In this document: piece after piece, positions 8,890-17,354 of the stretch | Position numbering within the stretch: the stretch's first letter is position 1 | How the letters are laid out: each line of letters starts with the position of its first letter | Source of the DNA: Parcubacteria group bacterium CG11_big_fil_rev_8_21_14_0_20_39_22 | GTDB lineage: Bacteria > Patescibacteriota > Minisyncoccia > Phycocordibacterales > GCA-002787175 | Assembly (NCBI GenBank): GCA_002787175.1 | Contig: PCWC01000066.1 | Location: 1 to 29,799, forward strand | DNA length: 29,799 nt | Direction of reading: 5' to 3' | Notes under the pieces: model-generated | What the model saw: only the letters and a program-made list of their open reading frames with translations | The model's database searches: none | What the model was told of the DNA's origin: nothing | Translations under genes and position numbers: made by a program

Positions 8890-9654
8890 TCATTGAGCTC
8901 GACGAGCTCCCACCACTTTAATCTCAAGCTGTCGCTCAACTCGACCTTCTTTAATAATATTTTCGAAGTGTTTTTTAAGGTCGGTAATAGCGTCTTCTTT
9001 CTTTTCATCTGCGACCATATTCCACACGCTCATTGTTTGGATATACCAGATCGCTTCCTCAGGGCTGAAATATTCAATGACAAAAAACGATTGATCCTGG
9101 GCGGAACAGAAACCGTTTTCATTCACTACCTTCGCAGGGTCGTATTCTTTCTTGATGTCCGGAATTTCCTGATTTATGAATCGCTTGAGAATCTCTTTGT
9201 TTCTTTTCTTGAAATCACCCGCCTCGTTTTTATTGATGACAAAAAACCATCCATTTGGTTTCAGCACTCTCCTTATTTCATCCAAAGCGATTTTGTTCGC
9301 AAACCAGTGAAAGGAGCTGAACGCGGTTATTGCATCAAAGGTGCCATCCTCAAACGGCTGTTTCTCCACTGGAGCGACCTTATACTTTATTTTGTACTTG
9401 TTGTCTGCTTTCGCCTGTCGTATCATTTGGTCATCTATATCAGTTCCGACAACTTTTGCTCCATTTTCTGATAGTTGTTCCGTAGCAATTCCAGTTCCGC
9501 AACCGATGTCCAAAATATATGGTTCCTCTTTCGCAATTTTATGAAGGATGTAATTCATAGCTTCACTGGGGAATTCTTTCCGAGCTTTGTCGTAGTTTTT
9601 GCTTAAATTACCGAAATCACCATATCCTTTTTTTATTCTAAGATTTTTAGTCAT
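8890..9654 (-). CDS. Class I SAM-dependent methyltransferase
   Basis: Motif I ILDIGCGTG, post-I VVGTDID and FDAITAFSSFHWF; substrate not inferable. Confidence 0.9.
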   Translation of the reverse strand: MTKNLRIKKGYGDFGNLSKNYDKARKEFPSEAMNYILHKIAKEEPYILDIGCGTGIATEQLSENGAKVVGTDIDDQMIRQAKADNKYKIKYKVAPVEKQPFEDGTFDAITAFSSFHWFANKIALDEIRRVLKPNGWFFVINKNEAGDFKKRNKEILKRFINQEIPDIKKEYDPAKVVNENGFCSAQDQSFFVIEYFSPEEAIWYIQTMSVWNMVADEKKEDAITDLKKHFENIIKEGRVERQLEIKVVGARRAQ

Positions 9655-9748
9655 ACCGTCATTCTATCAAGAATATGGGGTTGTTGACAATCAAGAGATA
9701 CTGGTGTTGTATTACATCAGAAACGAAAATATAACTGAAAGATTCAAT

Positions 9749-10492
9749 ATGCCAAAACAAGTACCTTGGAAATCAAACATCACTGAAGTTGGTAAAAACA
9801 AACTTCTCACTCGAGGGGTAGACCAAGAAGAAATCATACGTCGCTTTAGCTACGAGGAAATGGTTTTCCTCTTACTCTTCGATCGAAGACCGAGTGAAGT
9901 TGAGGCAAACTTACTTCGCGCGGTTATTGTCTCGCATGTCAGTCATGGTGTCACTGGTCAGAGTACCATCGCAGTGCGTATGGGTGCGGATTGTCGCTCG
10001 CCATTTTTGAATTCGGCGGTAGGCGGTTTCCTCACAGGATCAGGAGAGTTCCATCAAGGCGCATTACAGAGATCGATGGAAATGCTTAAAGAAGCAGCCG
10101 AAGCCAGAAGTGTAGAGCAGTGGGTTCGAGAACGGTTGGATAATAAAAATACGTTCTATGGCTACGGCCACCGATTCCATTCAAAAGATCCGCGGGCAAT
10201 TGTCCTTATGAAATTATGCGACGAACATACTTACATTGGAAAGCATGTTCGTACCGCTCGAGATATTGAGTCAATCGTCGGTTCCGAGCGTGGCAGATAC
10301 ATGAACATCGAGGCCGCAGGCGGTTCAATTCTCCTTGACATTGGGTTTCCACCAGAAATTGCCTCTCTCATTATTCTTATCGGACGCGGACCTATGTACG
10401 CAGCGGTGTATATGGAACGTTTGCTTTCCGAGAGTAAGCCGTTCCAACGTCTTGCGGTACATGACATCGTTCCCGGAAAGGAGGAGAAATGA
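9749..10492 (+). CDS. Citryl-CoA lyase-like protein (citrate synthase fold), divergent active site
   Basis: WKSNIT..RG..S...FLLL..RP, SHG, GYGHRFH.KDPR and NIEAA align by eye with Ccl (WKTAIT, DHG, GYGHR, NVDGA). Start moved to ATG 9749 because the ORF-track extension overlaps the divergent methyltransferase. Confidence 0.8.
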   Translation: MPKQVPWKSNITEVGKNKLLTRGVDQEEIIRRFSYEEMVFLLLFDRRPSEVEANLLRAVIVSHVSHGVTGQSTIAVRMGADCRSPFLNSAVGGFLTGSGEFHQGALQRSMEMLKEAAEARSVEQWVRERLDNKNTFYGYGHRFHSKDPRAIVLMKLCDEHTYIGKHVRTARDIESIVGSERGRYMNIEAAGGSILLDIGFPPEIASLIILIGRGPMYAAVYMERLLSESKPFQRLAVHDIVPGKEEK

Positions 10493-11196
10493 ATACATCA
10501 CAAGAAGTATGGGCAATCATTCCCACGCGTGGCGGTTCTACAGGCCTATCTGAGAAAAACATTCGTATGCTTGCCGGGAAGCCATTGTTGCATTACATGC
10601 TTGAAAAAGCAGTACAGGCAAGATCACTTAGCCGTATTGTTCTTACTACTGACAATGACGAAATTGAACTGGCAGCAAGACAGATCAGTGGAATTGACGT
10701 TTGGCGGCACGATCCTTCACTTTCGGTAGCAGGCCAACCATCGTTCGGTGTATTCCGATCAACGTATGAGAAGCTGGTACAGGAAGGTGGTATTGAGCCG
10801 AGAGCTGTGGTCCTTTTACGAGTGACTACTCCGCTATGCCTCGCATCAGACATTGATAATGCTGTCGGTTTACTGCTTGGAAATAATGTCAACGCTGAAT
10901 CGGTATTGTCTGTTGTGAAATCTAACGTGCATCCGAAACGGACGTATATGATGGACACCCAGGGTTTCTTACGTGCCCGCGAAGAAACTCCTGAATCTGA
11001 CTACCCTCTACCGAGGCAAGTGTTTGATGAAGTGTACATAAGAAACGGTGCCATATACGCGTCACTTCCCACTATTGTTCGCGAAGGTCGGCTCTGGGGA
11101 CCCAAAGTTATTGCGTATGTTATGCCGAAAGAGAGATCGATCAACATCAACGATGATGTCGATTTCATTCTCGCCGAAGCATTGATCCGACGCTGA
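10489..11196 (+). CDS. Acylneuraminate cytidylyltransferase (NeuA/PseF)-like protein
   Basis: AIIPTRGGS.G..EKNIR.LAGKPL, RQ, YIRNGAIY and SININDDVDF; ATGA overlap with the upstream gene. Confidence 0.85.
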   Translation: MNTSQEVWAIIPTRGGSTGLSEKNIRMLAGKPLLHYMLEKAVQARSLSRIVLTTDNDEIELAARQISGIDVWRHDPSLSVAGQPSFGVFRSTYEKLVQEGGIEPRAVVLLRVTTPLCLASDIDNAVGLLLGNNVNAESVLSVVKSNVHPKRTYMMDTQGFLRAREETPESDYPLPRQVFDEVYIRNGAIYASLPTIVREGRLWGPKVIAYVMPKERSININDDVDFILAEALIRR

Positions 11197-11207
11197 AATA
11201 CAAATAG

Positions 11208-11246
11208 ACCCGCTCTACGTTCTAATCGTAGGCGGGTTTTTATTTT
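11208..11246 (+). terminator. Intrinsic terminator of the ccl-like/neuA-like unit
   Basis: ACCCGC-T-CTACG...CGTAG-GCGGGT hairpin followed by TTTTATTTT. Confidence 0.75.
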
Positions 11247-11315
11247 GAAATCAAAAGTGAGATAGAGGATGGGTAGCCCGAAATTTACTTTTTCCACACA
11301 TTGCAACGATTCTAA

Positions 11316-11538
11316 GAGCCAATCTCCAACCTCATCGTATAAGAGCATATCCACCATCTAATGCATAGGCGAAATGTCCAAAATTCGCCCGCGAAAATTG
11401 GATAGTTTGAGTAGCCATTCGCCGCGGTAAATGGTGACGAAAAATAGACGGTTTTGCAGCCAAATTTTAACAAAATTACGTGACGAAGAGACTCGGAGTG
11501 TATATTCTATCTCTCGTGGTGAGACCGCAAACAGTCTC
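11316..11538. mobile_element. MITE-like element C (223 bp), same family as A/B, reverse orientation
   Basis: One end GAGCCAATCTCCAACCTCATCGTAT is nearly identical to B's right end; the other end (reverse complement) GAGACTGTTTGCGGTCTCACCACGAGAG shares about 40 bp with B's left end. Flanks are TAA and TTA, and the TTA is the rnhA stop. Confidence 0.7.
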
Positions 11539-12276
11539 TTATACATCCGACCATTGATTCTTTAGTAAATCAGCTTCTTGTTTTGAAAAAACTTTTTGAT
11601 ACTTCGCACCCCTCTTTCCCAGAACCTCCGCCTTGCACATATTCCAGTCTTTGTAGAATTTGAAATCGCCAGCAACCATAGAGACATAGCCGTAAGGTTT
11701 TTTGCTACTACTTTTTTTCTTTTTTGACACCTCCTTTACTGAATCGGACTTTAGAAATTTGCCACTTACAATATCGGGTATCGAATAATTTTCTATATCT
11801 CCCTCATATAATTTATCTTCTTTTAAATCGGCAAACGAAGTCGCAATTTTGTCTGCTCTTTCGTTTCCTTTTACTCCTATATGACCACCAACATAGTCGT
11901 ATGTTACTTCTAAATTATCTGAAACCCTCCGGAGTTCTTCCCACAGATCGCGATTTAAAACATCTTGCTTATTTTTTGTCTTCCAAGAATTTCTCTCCCA
12001 AGAATAAATCCAAGAAGTTATTCCATTTATAAGATAAGATGAATCGGTATAAATTATTACTTTCAAGTTGGATACTGGTGAAGATTTGAGATATGACAAT
12101 GCCGATATGGCAGCTTGGAGTTCCATACGATTGTTAGTAGTACTCTTATCGTACCCTCCAAGCTCTACAACTTCTCTACCTCCAAAAACTATTACAGCAG
12201 CCCATCCACCAGGACCGGGATTCTCCCGAGAAGACCCGTCGGTAAATATAATGACATCTTTTGTTGTGGTATTCAT
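11539..12276 (-). CDS. rnhA: Ribonuclease HI with a C-terminal caulimovirus-VI-like hybrid-binding domain
   Basis: FTDGSSRENPGPGGW, TTNNRMEL, YTDSSY and GHIGVKGNERAD; C-terminal Y...GDFKFYKDW..CKAEV.G..GAKYQK. ATG 12276 preferred over TTG 12285. Confidence 0.92.
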   Translation of the reverse strand: MNTTTKDVIIFTDGSSRENPGPGGWAAVIVFGGREVVELGGYDKSTTNNRMELQAAISALSYLKSSPVSNLKVIIYTDSSYLINGITSWIYSWERNSWKTKNKQDVLNRDLWEELRRVSDNLEVTYDYVGGHIGVKGNERADKIATSFADLKEDKLYEGDIENYSIPDIVSGKFLKSDSVKEVSKKKKSSSKKPYGYVSMVAGDFKFYKDWNMCKAEVLGKRGAKYQKVFSKQEADLLKNQWSDV

Positions 12277-12387
12277 GATAAGCAAGACTTAGGACACATA
12301 ACTTACAACTAACAACATACAACTTATAAAACAATAATTTTTAATTACCAATTTTTAATTTTATTAGGTGAATTAGGAATTAGATGA

Positions 12388-12510
12388 ATTAGGTGAATTT
12401 TCTCTTCCTCTCTTTTCGTGTTACATGTTATACGCTACACGTTCTATGCTTTATGTTACACACTCCACGCTTTCCCTAAAAGCTAACAGCTACCAACTAA
12501 CACCTATTCT
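12388..12510. repeat. Heptamer-rich intergenic repeat, copy 1
   Basis: ATTAGGTGAATTTT...CTCTCTTTTCGTGTTACATGTTATACGCTACACGTTCTATG...TTCCCTAAAAGCTAA...CTAACACCTA; an inverted copy lies at 15469-15583. Confidence 0.85.
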
Positions 12511-14267
12511 ACTATATCCACAATCCTAAGTCGTAGCTCCGGAAAGTTTCGGAACATACTTTTTTCAAGATGAGCGGTTATACTTACCCTTTTCATTGCC
12601 GATAGTTCTTTTGAGTTTTTATTCTTAGGATTTCGGGTGTAGAAAAATTGTATTGCGTCGATTGGTTTACCACCTTCTCGTTTACAAACAAATTTCAGAT
12701 GATTCTTTTCTTTTCCGAAGTACTCTACCCTCAATAACTCGATATTTGAAAGTTCAAAAAGTGGCTTTGGATTTCCGACTCCGAAAGGACCCAATTTCTC
12801 TATCGTAGAGTATAGTTTCCAATCAGCTTCCTCCGGAGAAATGACCCCATGAATTAAGGCGGACGCATTCTCTTTTTTTTCTTCGTCTTTGTAAATCAAG
12901 TCGTGGGATTTGGAAAGTAAATCATTTAAAAAATGAACTTTTTCACTTGAAATTGAAAACCCTCCTGATTGCATATGACCTCCGTACTGAAGAAATGTAC
13001 CCTCAGGCGTACTACTTATGATTTTTAGTATATCAAAACCCTCTGGAGCTCGACAAGAACCTTTGAGCACCCCTTCTCCATCCCTACCCCATAAGAAAAC
13101 CGGCTTTTGACATTCTTCTGCAATGGATCCAGCGGCAAGCCCCAAGAGCGACGGCTTCCATTTTGGATTACCAAGCACGATGACAGGACTGTCCTTGATC
13201 TCTTCTCTCTCGGATATATGCCGTTTAATTTCTTTTACCATAGAGGCGACAACACCTTTGCGTTCGTTGTTAATTTCGTCGAGATGATTGGTATAATGCT
13301 CGGCCTCATCTTCGCTTTCAGTCGACAAAAGTAAAAAAGCATCTCGAGATACCCCCATTCTGGAGGCAGCATTTATCCGTGGAGATATTGTGAAACCGAT
13401 ATCATCTTCCGATAAATATCTTTGATTTACCTTTGTCTTTCTTAAGAGTTTCATTAGACCGACTCGGGGAGATTTACGCAAAACAAAAAGACCGTACTTT
13501 GCAAGCACTCTGTTTTCCCCAACAAGTGGAACCATATCGGAAAGTGTCGCAAGTCCAACCATATCAAGTAACCACTTCTCCCAACCTGGCTTTGGTATAT
13601 GTAGTTTAACGTTTAAATCATCCTCATCTTCTCTAAGCTTGAAAAGGACCCTTTCCATAAGTTTAAAAACGACCGCTGCACCGCAAAGCATTTTTTCAGG
13701 ATAAAGACATCCCGGTTGTTTGGGATTTACCACAATAGAATCATCAGGTAACGAACCACTAAGCTCGTGATGGTCTGTGACTATAACATCAATACCAAGC
13801 CCTCTGGCGTGGGATATCGCATCGAAAGAAGCGATACCGCAATCAATAGTTAAAAGTAAATTTGTACCATTTTTAGCAAGCTCATCGATGCCAGAGATAT
13901 TTAGACCGAAACCTTCATTATGCCTATGAGGTATGTATATTTCATAATTTGAAAACCCGACCTTTCTAAAGACATCGTTTACCAGTACTGCTCCCGGAAT
14001 ACCGTCGCTATCATAATCACTCCATATCGCGATATGTTCGTCGTCTTTTATAGCTTTAATCAAACGGTCCGCCGCCAAATCAGAATTTTTGAGCAATGCC
14101 GAATCGTGAGTATGAAGATCATAATCGGGATTTAGAAATACTTCTGCTTGGTCTTTTGATGTTATTTTATGACTATCTAAGACTTTTTTTATAAGAGGGT
14201 GGTAACTTTCGAGTTCCAGTGAGCTATTATCATCTATTTTTGTAGAGGTTTTCGAAATTGAAGACAT
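12504..14267 (-). CDS. recJ: Single-stranded DNA 5'-3' exonuclease RecJ
   Basis: DHH-family motifs DYDSDG, TIDCG, TDHH, ATLSDMVPL, PRINAASRM and DHHA1 YGGH. Confidence 0.95.
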   Translation of the reverse strand: MSSISKTSTKIDDNSSLELESYHPLIKKVLDSHKITSKDQAEVFLNPDYDLHTHDSALLKNSDLAADRLIKAIKDDEHIAIWSDYDSDGIPGAVLVNDVFRKVGFSNYEIYIPHRHNEGFGLNISGIDELAKNGTNLLLTIDCGIASFDAISHARGLGIDVIVTDHHELSGSLPDDSIVVNPKQPGCLYPEKMLCGAAVVFKLMERVLFKLREDEDDLNVKLHIPKPGWEKWLLDMVGLATLSDMVPLVGENRVLAKYGLFVLRKSPRVGLMKLLRKTKVNQRYLSEDDIGFTISPRINAASRMGVSRDAFLLLSTESEDEAEHYTNHLDEINNERKGVVASMVKEIKRHISEREEIKDSPVIVLGNPKWKPSLLGLAAGSIAEECQKPVFLWGRDGEGVLKGSCRAPEGFDILKIISSTPEGTFLQYGGHMQSGGFSISSEKVHFLNDLLSKSHDLIYKDEEKKENASALIHGVISPEEADWKLYSTIEKLGPFGVGNPKPLFELSNIELLRVEYFGKEKNHLKFVCKREGGKPIDAIQFFYTRNPKNKNSKELSAMKRVSITAHLEKSMFRNFPELRLRIVDIVE

Positions 14268-14291
14268 CTGCTCATTATAGCACGGGAAGAA

Positions 14292-15389
14292 TTATCGGCT
14301 TTCCTCTTTGAAATTGACCTGAAACATCTCATTTTGGACAGTGCGGCGAAGGCTTACATTGGTTATTTTCTTATCCATTATAATCGCTTCAAGAATCCCG
14401 CCCTCCATTGTCTCTTCAGAAAATGATTGATCAAATATGAAATTGCCGAGACTATAAGCAATATAGCCATCTTTGTATTGTATAACTGGTTGCAACACAT
14501 GAGGATGATGCCCGATTACAATATCGGCACCACTATCGATTGCAAACTTACTTATATCTTCTTGAAATTTATTAGGTAATGGCTCATATTCATAGCCATA
14601 GTGAAACGAAACCACCGTAATATCCGCTATAGCTTCGGCTTCTTCTATACTGTCTAAGAGCTCACTTTTCTCTATTATGGCTATTCCAGGATTATTATCT
14701 CCTGCTTTAATATGTTGACTAAATTCGCTCATTGCTATAAAAGCAACCATCGTACCGTCAGACAATGTTAAAACCTTCGGTCTGTATGCTCCTTTTCTAT
14801 CATAGCCGACACCGACAGATGTAATCCCAACCCGGTTTAATCTATCCAACGTATCGGTCAAAGCTTCGATACCCCAATCTCCTGCATGGTTATTGGCAAT
14901 CGACAAAACACTAAAATTTGAATCTCGTAGCTCCTCTGCGTTTTTTGGATTCATACGAAAAGAATAAATAGAACCATGATTACTGCCTTTATCGGATATC
15001 GGTCCTTCTAAATTTCCGAAAAGCAGATCGTAGCTTTGCATCTCGTCTCTTATATTTTCAAAAGGGAAACCGGTGTCCCCTTTTCCATATTTTTTGACCG
15101 AAAATTCAACTCCTCTGTCTAACATTATATCCCCGACAAAACCAATTTTTACCCCCCGGACCCGATTATATAAATCAAACCAATGACTTTCTGCATCTTG
15201 GATCATTTCCGGATTATAAACAGTGGCAATATTTACTTTCTTGCTTTCCGCTACGTTTAAAAAGCCCTGAGCGAAAGGGATAGAGGTATAGACAATAAGA
15301 AAAAGTAAGGCTATGTTGGCAAAGAATATAAGTTTTCGGACGTTAAACTTGTGCCCTTTTGGCAGTAGAGTGTGAGTAACTAACTTCAT
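14292..15389 (-). CDS. CapA-family metallophosphoesterase-like protein with an N-terminal TM anchor
   Basis: FVGDIMLDRGV, NLEGP, ANNH..DWG, SFH.G.EY, GHHPHVLQ and YSLGNFIFDQ. Confidence 0.9.
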   Translation of the reverse strand: MKLVTHTLLPKGHKFNVRKLIFFANIALLFLIVYTSIPFAQGFLNVAESKKVNIATVYNPEMIQDAESHWFDLYNRVRGVKIGFVGDIMLDRGVEFSVKKYGKGDTGFPFENIRDEMQSYDLLFGNLEGPISDKGSNHGSIYSFRMNPKNAEELRDSNFSVLSIANNHAGDWGIEALTDTLDRLNRVGITSVGVGYDRKGAYRPKVLTLSDGTMVAFIAMSEFSQHIKAGDNNPGIAIIEKSELLDSIEEAEAIADITVVSFHYGYEYEPLPNKFQEDISKFAIDSGADIVIGHHPHVLQPVIQYKDGYIAYSLGNFIFDQSFSEETMEGGILEAIIMDKKITNVSLRRTVQNEMFQVNFKEESR

Positions 15390-15468
15390 TCTTTTAGTTT
15401 AAGACGGAGGACGTTTTAATACAAGGAAGAAAATAAGTTTTAGCTTTCAGGTTTTATCTGTTAGGAAG

Positions 15469-15583
15469 AGGATAGGTGTTAGCTTATAGGTTTTAGCTTT
15501 TAGGGAAAACATGGAGCGTGTAACATAGAACGTGTAGCGTATAACATGTAACACGAAAAGAGAGGGGATAAAATTCACCTAAT
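15469..15583. repeat. Heptamer-rich intergenic repeat, copy 2 (inverted relative to copy 1)
   Basis: Reverse complement matches 12388-12510, including an identical core CTCTCTTTTCGTGTTACATGTTATACGCTACACGTTCTATG. Confidence 0.85.
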
Positions 15584-15824
15584 AAAATTTCAAATAATAA
15601 AGTAAGAAAAACAGAGTCCGTATTTTTAGGATTAGTCCGCCGTCACGGATTTGTAGATTGTCTCCATTCGGAAGATCTCCCGTAAGGGGAGAATTTCATT
15701 GGTAGATTAGGACATGTTCTTTCGTTTGGAAATTAAAAATCTAAAACTACGGCAACCTGGTTGCCTATGTTTTGATATTTTCCGTAAAATTTGAGGTTAG
15801 TAAGAGGCAGGAGTCGGCTGTGTT

Positions 15825-15850
15825 CCTCCGTAGCTTTAGCGGAAGGGAGG
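15825..15850 (-). repeat. REP-like palindromic repeat
   Basis: Minus strand CCTCCCTTCCGCTAAAGCTACGGAGG shares the core CGCTAAAGCTA(C/T)GG with 19146-19173 and 24687-24716. Confidence 0.7.
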
Positions 15851-15903
15851 GGTTTATATGGCTTCCATATTTGAGGATTGAAAATTGAAAATTATCCTCT
15901 CGT

Positions 15904-15960
15904 GTTACACGCTACAAGTTACATGTTACATGCTTTTGCGTTACAAGTTACAAGTTCCAC
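15904..15960 (+). repeat. Degenerate heptamer tandem array (GTTACAN)
   Basis: gttacac gctacaa gttacat gttacat gcttttgc gttacaa gttacaa gttccac. Confidence 0.85.
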
Positions 15961-15974
15961 GATATAATTGAAAT

Positions 15975-16355
15975 ATGGATAATTGTATATTTTGCAAAAT
16001 AGTAAAGGGAGAGGTTCCATTGCATAAAGTCTATGAAGACGAGGATTTTTTGGCATTTCTCGATATTCACCCGCAGTCACCCGGACACACCCAAGTAATA
16101 CCAAAAAAGCACTACAGATGGGTCTGGGATTTACCGGAGGAAATGCTCGGAAAATATTTCAAATTGGTACAAAAAATAGCCCTATCACAAAGGAAAGCTT
16201 TCGATACGGACTGGATACTTAGTAAAACTGTCGGCGATGAGGTCCCCCACGCTCACATCTGGGTTTTCCCCAACGACAAAGTCAAAGGCGACAAAAAAGA
16301 TTTTGGGGGGAACGCGGAAAAAATAGTCGATAATCTGCAACAGGGCAACCTGTAA
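15975..16355 (+). CDS. HIT-family nucleotide hydrolase
   Basis: MDNCIFCKIV, DIHPQSPGHTQVIPK and variant triad VPHAHIW; converges on the RT gene. Confidence 0.9.
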   Translation: MDNCIFCKIVKGEVPLHKVYEDEDFLAFLDIHPQSPGHTQVIPKKHYRWVWDLPEEMLGKYFKLVQKIALSQRKAFDTDWILSKTVGDEVPHAHIWVFPNDKVKGDKKDFGGNAEKIVDNLQQGNL

Positions 16356-16367
16356 CTTATGACTGAA

Positions 16368-17333
16368 TTACTGGATAACATCCTCAATTAATCTTCTAAC
16401 TCGTGCTCCGATCTTGTAGGTATTCCCATGTTTGCACAATCCCAAATACGACGATACATTCTTTTCATTTACCCTCATAAACATCCGCCGTTTCGTCACC
16501 GTCCGCAAAACGCGATGTGTTGGAAAATGCACCCAACCGAGGAAATCCACGCTGGAGGCAAGCGTCCGTATGTAAACCTTATCGGGATGAAGCGAAAGAT
16601 AAAGGTCATTTGATAGAAAGTCTCCCATCTTCCTCAATCGCTCCGAAAGGTAGCGCTTGTCTTGCGAGAAAATCACAAAGTCATCAGCGTAGCGTATGTA
16701 ATATTTCACTTTGAGCTTGTGCTTCACGAATTGGTCAAATTCATTCATATAGATGTTTACCAAAAGTTGCGAGGTGAGATTGCCAAGAGGAAGTCCTTTG
16801 CCTTCGCTCGTATGAAAACTGTGGGTAACATTCTCCAAAAGCCGTAAGATATCCGTGTCTGCGATATGCTTCTCCAAGATTTTGATTAAAATGGAATGGT
16901 CAATACTGGCAAAAAACTTTCGAATGTCGCATTTGAGAACATACACGGTCTTGGTGTGATTAAATGACGCGCTCCTTCCAAAATCCCGAAAGCGGTCTAA
17001 CGCTTTATGTACCCCTTTCCCCTCTCTACACGAATACGAGTCAGAGATGAATTTGGGGTCAAAGAACGGATAGAGCACTCGGTGTATAGCGTGGTGCAAA
17101 AGCCGATCTCGCACGCTCGCCTTGTGAATGTCGCGGGGCTTTGGGTCGGAAATTTTGAAGTGTTTGTAGGAGCCGTGGCGGTAGGTTTTGTTGCGTAGGT
17201 CGTTGTGAAGCATGCAAATGTTCTCACCAAGATTAAGAGCAAACTCGGCGACATCCGGCTTGTTCTTCTTGCCCGGCAAAAATTCGTTCCAGGCGATATG
17301 CAAATTTTTGAGCGATATGATATTGTCGTACAT
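16368..17333 (-). CDS. DGR reverse transcriptase (321 aa)
   Basis: KPRDIH...RDRLLHHA, KCDIRKFF.SIDH, DGR-type GLPLGNLTSQ and catalytic YIRYADD; no maturase/HNH domain; adjacent avd, TR and VR. Start set to ATG 17333 because the longer ORF overlaps avd antisense. Confidence 0.96.
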   Translation of the reverse strand: MYDNIISLKNLHIAWNEFLPGKKNKPDVAEFALNLGENICMLHNDLRNKTYRHGSYKHFKISDPKPRDIHKASVRDRLLHHAIHRVLYPFFDPKFISDSYSCREGKGVHKALDRFRDFGRSASFNHTKTVYVLKCDIRKFFASIDHSILIKILEKHIADTDILRLLENVTHSFHTSEGKGLPLGNLTSQLLVNIYMNEFDQFVKHKLKVKYYIRYADDFVIFSQDKRYLSERLRKMGDFLSNDLYLSLHPDKVYIRTLASSVDFLGWVHFPTHRVLRTVTKRRMFMRVNEKNVSSYLGLCKHGNTYKIGARVRRLIEDVIQ

Positions 17334-17354
17334 TATCCTTAATTTTTTAAAAAA

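Noticed and set aside
9599-9748. 50-aa N-terminal extension of the citryl-CoA-lyase-like ORF
   Set aside because: It overlaps the divergent methyltransferase start and promoter; homology begins at MPKQVPWKS (9749).
11539-12276. RNase H as a dedicated DGR component
   Set aside because: It is 4 kb from the RT, separated by recJ, capA and HIT, and looks like a housekeeping RNase HI; DGRs are not known to need a dedicated RNase H.
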